DNA from: Candidatus Iainarchaeum sp.
GTDB taxonomy: Archaea; Iainarchaeota; Iainarchaeia; Iainarchaeales; 0-14-0-20-30-16
Assembly (NCBI GenBank): GCA_903916665.1
Contig: CAIWXP010000173.1
Span: 1 to 15,430, forward strand
Reading direction: 5' to 3'
Length of the DNA stretch: 15,430 nucleotides
Both the position numbers and the translations under genes were made by a program. The notes under the pieces were generated by a model. The model made no database searches and was not told the origin of the DNA. It saw nothing but the letters and a program-made list of their open reading frames with translations. Positions 7,338 to 13,591 of this stretch are shown piece by piece; position 1 is the stretch's first letter; every line of letters starts with the position of its first letter.

Positions 7338-8036
7338 ATGGAATTTAACCAAAAAGGAGATTTTATACTCTATTTGATTTTCACAATAGTTATACTTTTG
7401 ATCGGAGCAATACTTTATTATGTTTACTTGGGCTCATCAAACAATTCCGATGGATTACCTAATTTAGATGGTAACTTCCTAAATGAATTTAAATCCAAAT
7501 TACCCAACAATGATCCTTCACTAAATGATGCAACCTACTCTAATTCCTATTCAATTGTGGCAAAATTAAATCTAGATATGCCAATTCAGATTTATGATAA
7601 AAACCTAAACATATTGGGAAATCCAATTGTTTTGATAAATAAAAGAAAAATAACTGTAAAAGATCCTTTATTTACAGAATTTACTGGTAATTTCACAAAA
7701 GAAGGCATGAAAGGTGAATTAGATAGCATTATAGCAGGAGATTCTGGAGAAACAAATATAGAATTAAAATCACAATTTGAAAGTGATTTCACAAATATTG
7801 AGGAAATTAGTGTTAATGATATTTATTTAGATTTAGAAAATTCAAATATTAAAGGTAAAGTAACCATTCAAGACAAAGCCTATGATTTAAACAAAAGTTA
7901 CTTGAAAATAAAGGGATTTAAAGGAAAACTAACAATTGTCCCAAATAATGATAATAATTCAGCCTACGTTAAATTAGATGGCAATGTGGGTTATTTTGAA
8001 ATGATTGACAATCAAATAGTTACAACATTGAAGTGA
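7338..8036 (+). CDS. N-terminally anchored extracytoplasmic protein (232 aa), beta-rich; function unknown
   Basis: The N-terminus is MEFNQKGDFILYLIFTIVILLIGAILYYVYLG (short leader, K-G, hydrophobic helix). The remainder is hydrophilic and beta-strand-like (IKGKVTIQDKAYDL..LKIKGFKGKLTIV..). It is the first gene of a tightly packed 3-gene plus-strand set. Confidence 0.75.
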   Translation: MEFNQKGDFILYLIFTIVILLIGAILYYVYLGSSNNSDGLPNLDGNFLNEFKSKLPNNDPSLNDATYSNSYSIVAKLNLDMPIQIYDKNLNILGNPIVLINKRKITVKDPLFTEFTGNFTKEGMKGELDSIIAGDSGETNIELKSQFESDFTNIEEISVNDIYLDLENSNIKGKVTIQDKAYDLNKSYLKIKGFKGKLTIVPNNDNNSAYVKLDGNVGYFEMIDNQIVTTLK

Positions 8037-8040
8037 TACT

Positions 8041-8991
8041 ATGGAAATGAGTGCAATAGATTATATTAAAGCAATATTAATATTTTTAATTTTGATTTTT
8101 GGTTTGGTCTTTACCTTAACCTATACAAATATAGTACATTGTCAAACCGTTGGACAATCCTGGTGTGATATGTATTGGTATTTGGTTGGTGCGCCCAGAA
8201 TATTGGTTGTTTTTGGGAGTGATGGTATGGGCAATGCTGATAGACTAATGTCCATATTAGCCGATAGAGAAATTTTAGGTATAAGAACACAACCACAACT
8301 ATTAGATCGTATAACAACAACTAGTTATTTAGAAAAATATAAAATGGTTATTGTAACTCAAGCAAAAACAATGAGTGATAATCAAATTGAAATGTTCTAT
8401 GAATATGCATCTCATGGAGGAATTTTGGTTTGGACAGGTGATGCAGGTACTAGTAGCTATCCCGAAGATAAGAAATTAACTGATTATAATATGAAAGACG
8501 CAGGACCTTGGACAAGAATAAATAAAAACGGAGATATTATTCCTTTTGGAGAATTATTATCTGCAGAATATTTAGGTAATTTTTGTGGCTATGTTAATTG
8601 TGCATCATTGGGGGGAGATTTTGTAGGTTATTTGAAACAAGATCCTGACAGTACAATTGCAGGTGGTATTGCACCCAATACGCCCATGTATGGTGATTTT
8701 GCATTAACCACTCCAATAAACAATTCAAGTACAGTGGTTGAAGTTAATATTGATTATGGATCAAATATGATTAGCAAGGATCCTAAAGATAAAAAAGGTT
8801 TGGGTAGTTTCTTCCCTTTGATGATTAGATCTCAATTGGGTAAGAATGTAATTTACATTGCAGCACCAATAGAATATTTAACTCAGTCTACCGATGTTGC
8901 CTATACTTCAGGAAATACAAAAACAAATATTCCCACAACCATTAGAAAAATGTTTCAAGAATATTTTGGTATTTTGGGAATAAATAAGTGA
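8041..8991 (+). CDS. N-terminally anchored extracytoplasmic protein (316 aa), possibly with a flavodoxin-like / class-I-glutamine-amidotransferase-like (ThuA/DUF4350-type) alpha/beta domain
   Basis: The N-terminus is MEMSAIDYIKAILIFLILIFGLVFTLTY. The strand-helix-strand pattern ILVVFGSDG..(helix)..KMVIVTQAKTMSDNQIEMFYEYASHGGILVWTGDAG resembles DUF4350/GldG/ThuA-type folds; this is recognition by eye only. Two close Cys pairs are present (HCQTVGQSWC, FCGYVNC). GTGAT SD at 8033-8037 overlaps the upstream stop codon. Confidence 0.75.
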   Translation: MEMSAIDYIKAILIFLILIFGLVFTLTYTNIVHCQTVGQSWCDMYWYLVGAPRILVVFGSDGMGNADRLMSILADREILGIRTQPQLLDRITTTSYLEKYKMVIVTQAKTMSDNQIEMFYEYASHGGILVWTGDAGTSSYPEDKKLTDYNMKDAGPWTRINKNGDIIPFGELLSAEYLGNFCGYVNCASLGGDFVGYLKQDPDSTIAGGIAPNTPMYGDFALTTPINNSSTVVEVNIDYGSNMISKDPKDKKGLGSFFPLMIRSQLGKNVIYIAAPIEYLTQSTDVAYTSGNTKTNIPTTIRKMFQEYFGILGINK

Positions 8992-8995
8992 GAAT

Positions 8996-10750
8996 ATGGT
9001 TGATGACTTTAATACTAATTCTGATTCTAATGCAAATTTAGATTCTGATATGTTTGGGGAAGAACAAAAACCAAAACTAGATATTTTGGCAGCCATTAAA
9101 CCCTACACTGGAATTATTATTAAAGTATTAATTTTATTAGTTATTTTAGGTGCGGCCTATTGGTTCTTTTTTATGCGCTATGCAACAGTAAGTTTTGATG
9201 TTATTGCAAATGGTGCCTCAGTTACAACCACAATAAAATTAGAAAATTCTGGAAAATCAATGCCTGTAGATACATTAACAGATACTAAATTACTTCCGGG
9301 AGATTATACAGTTAGTTTTGATGATCCTGACTTGAGCAATTATTATTTACAAAATAATACGGTATCAGTATCAAAGGATAACGAAGGAACTCCCATTACT
9401 ATTAAATTATATCCTACCTGGTCTAAAGATATTGTTAAATCTGAATTTAAAATAACTAAAAGACCTGCAAATGTATATACTGGTCAATCGGTTCAATTGG
9501 AAATAAATATAACTAATAAAGGTAAACCAATTGGTGTAACTCTTAGAGGAGATGGAGATGCAAATATTAGTCAAGATGTAGATTTAAAAACAGGAACAAA
9601 TAAAGTAATTGTTGATTTTGATAATGTTAAAAAAACTGGAGAAAATTTAAAAGAAACTTTTTATTTAGATGGTGCAAAAGATATTTTAAAAATTTCTGAT
9701 TTTAACGCAATAATAAAAAAAGCACCCAGTGTTAAATTAAATAGTAAAACAATATATCAAACAGGTGTTGGTAATACATTAAGAATAACATTTGAATTGG
9801 TTAATTCAAGTCAAGATAAAATTGAAGGATTAGATTTTAATATAGTTAGTGCAAGTAGAGATCCAGAAGTTATTGCAGGCTGGATAGTTAATACTCCTAC
9901 CGATGTAAATATAATTCCCAATGGAAGTACATCAGTTGATGTTGATTTTAATATTCCTTTAAAAAAAGTAGACGGAGACATGGAAAAAATAAATTTAACA
10001 TTTGGTTTTTCTAATAGTTATATTAATTTAACAAAAAATGTTGAATTAGATTTATTACCCATTGAATTTGTAGTTCCCAAAAAAATAGATTTAGAACCAA
10101 TGACTGCGGGAACAACAAAAACTGAAAAAATAACCATTGAAAATAAAACAGATTATTCCATTGATTTAAAAGATTCTAGTATAAATTCATCAAATCCAAA
10201 ATTAGCTAGTCCAGATGTTATGTCCTTAGATTTACCAAGTACAATACCTCCTGGAAAACTAGATATTAGTTTAAATATTGCAATACCACCTACATTTGAA
10301 AGTGATAAAACTGATGGAACAATAGTTATTAGTACAGATTTTGGTGACTATAGTATACCTTTTACATTAAATATTACAGGAATAAATTTGAAAATTGAAC
10401 TACCTACTCTACAACCTACATATACATTTACTTTTGATCAAGATACTGCTCCTTCAAAACAAGGTAATCTTATGGAAAATACCATTAAAAACTCGGGAAA
10501 TATTGATGTAAATATTGTGAGTTTACAAATATCTCCTAATTGTACTAAATTTATTACAATTGCACCATTCAATCCTTTAACTTTAAAAATAGGAGACCAA
10601 GAAAAGTTTTATATCTCATTAAACCCTATTCAAAAATCATTATTAAATACACCAATATTGTGTAGTTTAAATATTACCTATCAAGATCCTACAACTCAGA
10701 CAATACAAGTATTAACAAATAACACTTTTACAATACCATCGGCAACTTAA
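8996..10750 (+). CDS. Membrane-anchored surface protein (584 aa) built from about five Ig-like/beta-sandwich modules (PEGA/CARDB/PapD-like character)
   Basis: An acidic 37-aa N-terminal tail is followed by a TM helix (GIIIKVLILLVILGAAYWFFF). Repeated ~100-aa modules follow, each starting with a strand of CARDB/NEW3-like type: VYTGQSVQLEINITNKGKP, GNTLRITFELVNSSQDKIEGL, TAGTTKTEKITIENKTDYSIDL, LMENTIKNSGNIDVNIVSL. The first module has a PEGA-like LPGDYTVSF. GTGA SD-like motif at 8988-8991, 4 nt before the ATG. Confidence 0.8.
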   Translation: MVDDFNTNSDSNANLDSDMFGEEQKPKLDILAAIKPYTGIIIKVLILLVILGAAYWFFFMRYATVSFDVIANGASVTTTIKLENSGKSMPVDTLTDTKLLPGDYTVSFDDPDLSNYYLQNNTVSVSKDNEGTPITIKLYPTWSKDIVKSEFKITKRPANVYTGQSVQLEINITNKGKPIGVTLRGDGDANISQDVDLKTGTNKVIVDFDNVKKTGENLKETFYLDGAKDILKISDFNAIIKKAPSVKLNSKTIYQTGVGNTLRITFELVNSSQDKIEGLDFNIVSASRDPEVIAGWIVNTPTDVNIIPNGSTSVDVDFNIPLKKVDGDMEKINLTFGFSNSYINLTKNVELDLLPIEFVVPKKIDLEPMTAGTTKTEKITIENKTDYSIDLKDSSINSSNPKLASPDVMSLDLPSTIPPGKLDISLNIAIPPTFESDKTDGTIVISTDFGDYSIPFTLNITGINLKIELPTLQPTYTFTFDQDTAPSKQGNLMENTIKNSGNIDVNIVSLQISPNCTKFITIAPFNPLTLKIGDQEKFYISLNPIQKSLLNTPILCSLNITYQDPTTQTIQVLTNNTFTIPSAT

Positions 10751-10761
10751 TTTTTATAATA

Positions 10762-11928
10762 TTAATTTATGGTAAAATTAGTTTCATCTATTTCGTAGTC
10801 TTTCATATCCATACTATTTCTACTATCAAATACTTTCTTACTATATTTAAATTCGTCTTCTAAAACTTTCTCAAATAATATTTTTCCACCTTTTTCACTT
10901 AAATCATATAAAGTAACTTTCAATGGATCTTCAACAACAATCTTTACATATCTTTTTGTTTTTGGAACTAAAAACTTTAGGTTGTCACTAAATGAATACT
11001 CCTCTCTCCAAGTATCTAAAATTAAAACTCTTTTATTGGTAGATGTTTGAATCTCATTTATTTTTTCATGAGCATGACCAAATATAACTAATTTTGCACT
11101 CTTAGGTAATAATTTTACTGATTTAAATAATACCTTTGCATTAACATCATAGCTTCTTTTGAAAAGATTAACCAATGATACCCAAATAATTTTAAAATAA
11201 TTCTTTGCATAGCCTCTTGCAATATAGGTATAAATTGCAAAGATTAAATGATAAATATAATATTTTAACAATAAATAAACCATATTTGCACTAAATGCAG
11301 GTGCAACAGCAAATAAATTTCGTCTGTCTTCAATTCTTTCTAAAAATGGGTGTTGTTCTTTTGAATCCATAAAGAAAAAACTAAATCCTGAAAATAAAGC
11401 AGGAATATTTAATTCTTTTTTACCTTGATATTCTCTAAATAATTTTTTAACGTCATAGGAAAAATAAACATCCCTTTGATGACCATGTTCAGTATATACA
11501 CCATTTTCAAAATAATTTTCTTGAAATACAATATTTTCACTTTCTAAAATGGATTTCATTTTTTCTTGAATTTCTGGAAATAATAATTCATAGTCATGAT
11601 TTCCATGTATAAAAATTAATCTGTGTTTCTTTTCCTTCAAAAATTCTTTCCAGGTATTAAAAACAGATTCATGACTTTTGTAAATATATCCTAATTTTTC
11701 TAAAGCAACATTTACAGTTATATGCTCCAAATAAAAGGTAAATTTCTTTCTTACTATGGGGCATTTAAGAAAATCAAAAGAATCCCCATTAAAAATTAGA
11801 TCTACTTCGCCCTTAGATTTATTTATTAAATTTAATACATCAACAAGAAGTCCATCAGAAGAAAAATCATCAGTAACTGTTCCGCCACCTAGTTCCACAT
11901 CTGAAAAAACATATATCTCTTTAGGCAT
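10762..11928 (-). CDS. Calcineurin-like metallophosphoesterase with LpxH-like architecture and a hydrophobic insertion
   Basis: Ordered phosphoesterase motifs: FSDVELGG (D10-x-E12 where D-x-H is usual), NGDSFDF (D49), IHGNHD (N110, H111), EHGH (H148, H150), FGHAH (H285, H287). A ~110-aa insert between motifs IV and V contains hydrophobic helices (NLFAVAPAFSANMVYLLLKYYIYHLIFAIYTYI), comparable in position to the LpxH cap/lid. Confidence 0.8.
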   Translation of the reverse strand: MPKEIYVFSDVELGGGTVTDDFSSDGLLVDVLNLINKSKGEVDLIFNGDSFDFLKCPIVRKKFTFYLEHITVNVALEKLGYIYKSHESVFNTWKEFLKEKKHRLIFIHGNHDYELLFPEIQEKMKSILESENIVFQENYFENGVYTEHGHQRDVYFSYDVKKLFREYQGKKELNIPALFSGFSFFFMDSKEQHPFLERIEDRRNLFAVAPAFSANMVYLLLKYYIYHLIFAIYTYIARGYAKNYFKIIWVSLVNLFKRSYDVNAKVLFKSVKLLPKSAKLVIFGHAHEKINEIQTSTNKRVLILDTWREEYSFSDNLKFLVPKTKRYVKIVVEDPLKVTLYDLSEKGGKILFEKVLEDEFKYSKKVFDSRNSMDMKDYEIDETNFTIN

Positions 11929-11949
11929 AAAATATAAACAAAGGATTAA

Positions 11950-11957
11950 TTTAAATA
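11950..11957 (-). promoter_or_regulatory. Putative TATA-like box (TATTTAAA) for the metallophosphoesterase gene
   Basis: The minus strand reads TATACA-TATTTAAA-21 nt-ATG(11928), inside the 41-nt gap after the GT2 stop. No SD motif lies in the spacer. Confidence 0.35.
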
Positions 11958-11969
11958 TGTATAAGTTAA

Positions 11970-12818
11970 TTAATCAACTATCCAATGATAACCATTTACT
12001 AAATTTAACTTAACAAACAGATAGGTCCCGTCTAAAAAATTAGTAATAAATATTACAGTTCCTACTATTGGCTTTGTTTTTGAACCTCTTCGGTCATATA
12101 AATCGAATAATCTATTATATCTACTATCTCTAATCAAAACAATTTGTCTAACAAAATTAGCTGCAGATTCTGAATCATAGATTCTTTTAAACATCTTCAA
12201 ATAATTCTTTATGCCTTTCCAAAAGTTCATTTTCTTATGTTGATGAACTGTATAAAGATTTTTACAATAAATTGCTTGTATTCTTTGACCTTTACCAATA
12301 TAATACATATTCATTATTACTTCTAATAAATAGCCACCATCTTTAGGTAAATTCATAGATTCAAAATCATCTTTCCAAACACATCTTTCTCCACCATAGA
12401 ACTTAGCTAAATTGGTCCAACCAATTATTGTTGCTTTATCTCCTGCTCTATCTAAAATTGTCATACCACATTTCTTTTTCTGAACAGGCCTTATTAATGA
12501 ACTTATATTGCCATGGGTTAAATTAATTAAATCTGCATCTAGCATTACAATTAGTTCTCCAGAAGACATATATACTGCTTTCTTTATTGCACCAGTCTTT
12601 CCTAAATTATGAGAATTTACAATTAGTTTTAAATGTTTAAATTCTTTTTGAAAAATTTTAACTATGGCAACAGTATTATCTCTTGAACCATCATCAATTA
12701 CTATAATTTCATCAAATTTTTTATAAGTAGTAACAACTTTTAAAACACGTGCAATATTTTTTCCTTCATTGTAGGCTGGAATAACACAACTTATGGTTGT
12801 AGAATTATGTTTAGTCAT
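11970..12818 (-). CDS. Family 2 glycosyltransferase (GT-A fold; dolichyl/polyprenyl-phosphate sugar transferase-like)
   Basis: ISCVIPAYNEGKNIARVL..FDEIIVIDDGSRDNT..LGKTGAIKKAV..GELIVMLDADL shows the typical GT2 N-terminal motifs, including DDGS and DAD (DxD). I place the start at ATG 12818 (MTKHNS...). The ORF-track start at 12824 is a TTG two codons upstream. TTTATATA ends 22 nt upstream of ATG 12818. Confidence 0.85.
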   Translation of the reverse strand: MTKHNSTTISCVIPAYNEGKNIARVLKVVTTYKKFDEIIVIDDGSRDNTVAIVKIFQKEFKHLKLIVNSHNLGKTGAIKKAVYMSSGELIVMLDADLINLTHGNISSLIRPVQKKKCGMTILDRAGDKATIIGWTNLAKFYGGERCVWKDDFESMNLPKDGGYLLEVIMNMYYIGKGQRIQAIYCKNLYTVHQHKKMNFWKGIKNYLKMFKRIYDSESAANFVRQIVLIRDSRYNRLFDLYDRRGSKTKPIVGTVIFITNFLDGTYLFVKLNLVNGYHWIVD

Positions 12819-12942
12819 TAGCAATATAAGCTACAATATATATATAAAGATTACCCCTAAAAAAAGGATTTAGTTTATAAATTAGAAAATCATTTATATA
12901 TGTAATTATTATACTATGTTTATACTTAATTGGAGGGATTAG
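12819..12942. promoter_or_regulatory. Divergent promoter region (GT2 on minus, lipoprotein gene on plus)
   Basis: Minus-strand TTTATATA (plus-strand coordinates 12841-12848) lies 22 nt from ATG 12818. Plus-strand TTTATATA (12893-12900) lies 42 nt from ATG 12943. GGAGGG SD (12932-12937) lies 5 nt from that ATG. Confidence 0.55.
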
Positions 12943-13506
12943 ATGAAAGCAGTAATACCTATTGTAATTGCTATTTTATCAGTTATAATAATATTTAGTG
13001 GTTGTGTTTCACAAACAGATAATAACACTAATAATGCATCAGGACAAAGCATTACAACAAAAGACGCCTTTATGGGTGCATTAAGCTCAGGATTAGAACT
13101 AAAATGTGGTGTGGACAGCAATGGTATGCCCATAACAGTTTACTTTACCCAAGATAAATATTTAGCTTTGGCAACTACTCCCATTGGAGATGTACATTCA
13201 ATTATGGATGTAAAAGCAAAAATGATTTACATTTGGTCAAATCAAGAAATGTTTACTCAAGATCAATTAGCATCAATGAACATTACTGTTGAACCCGGAA
13301 AGAAAATTGGAGTAAAAATGGATTTCTCTCAACAATCTACAAAAATTTTAACTGCTGAAGATTTTAAACCTGAATGGAATTGTACTTTAAGCACAGATCC
13401 CATTGTTTTACCAACAGAATATCAATTTATTGATCTAACTAAAATAATGCCACAACAAGGTCAAGATCAAAACGTAGCAGATCAAACAACAGAATCAACA
13501 AATTAG
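12943..13506 (+). CDS. Putative lipoprotein (187 aa), lipobox IFSGC; function unknown
   Basis: MKAVIPIVIAILSVIIIFSG|CVSQTDNN has a basic n-region, a hydrophobic core and a lipobox-like F-S-G-C. Hydrophilic mature part. Strong SD (GGAGGG). Confidence 0.8.
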   Translation: MKAVIPIVIAILSVIIIFSGCVSQTDNNTNNASGQSITTKDAFMGALSSGLELKCGVDSNGMPITVYFTQDKYLALATTPIGDVHSIMDVKAKMIYIWSNQEMFTQDQLASMNITVEPGKKIGVKMDFSQQSTKILTAEDFKPEWNCTLSTDPIVLPTEYQFIDLTKIMPQQGQDQNVADQTTESTN

Positions 13507-13508
13507 AA

Positions 13509-13540
13509 ATGAAGAATTATTCTTCATTTTTTCTTTTTTT
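13509..13540 (+). terminator. Hairpin plus oligo-T terminator after the 187-aa lipoprotein gene
   Basis: atgaagaat-t-attcttcat (13509-13527) is a perfect inverted repeat (a stem of roughly 7-8 bp once a loop is allowed). It is followed directly by tttttcttttttt (to 13540). Oligo-T tracts are the known archaeal termination signal. Confidence 0.55.
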
Positions 13541-13591
13541 AACATAGAGATAACTTTTTAAATTAATAATTGTATTTATATTGGTGATTTT

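Noticed and set aside
7230-7352. 41-residue N-terminal extension of the Sec61-beta ORF (96-aa version)
   Set aside because: The extension is F/Y/I/C-rich nonsense-like sequence running through the TATA-rich divergent promoter and overlapping the start of the opposite gene. The internal ATG at 7229 has a GGTGAT SD and gives the canonical ~55-aa size.
7592-7792. 66-aa minus-strand ORF
   Set aside because: It is antisense inside the 232-aa CDS, with no initiation signals. Shadow ORF.
8111-8320. 69-aa minus-strand ORF
   Set aside because: It is antisense inside the 316-aa CDS, with no initiation signals. Shadow ORF.
8908-9096. 62-aa minus-strand ORF
   Set aside because: It is antisense across the 316-aa/584-aa gene junction, with no signals. 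Shadow ORF.
11756-12013. 85-aa plus-strand ORF
   Set aside because: It is antisense to the metallophosphoesterase N-terminus and the GT2 C-terminus. Both of those are motif-supported, and this ORF's product is low-complexity Ser/Pro/Lys.
12819-12824. TTG start two codons upstream of the GT2 ATG
   Set aside because: The ATG at 12818 sits 22 nt from a perfect TTTATATA box, the same geometry as the PanE-like gene. The TTG extension adds only M-L and is less likely. This is not excluded.
12939-13133. 64-aa minus-strand ORF
   Set aside because: It is antisense to the lipoprotein gene, whose SD, signal peptide and lipobox are convincing.
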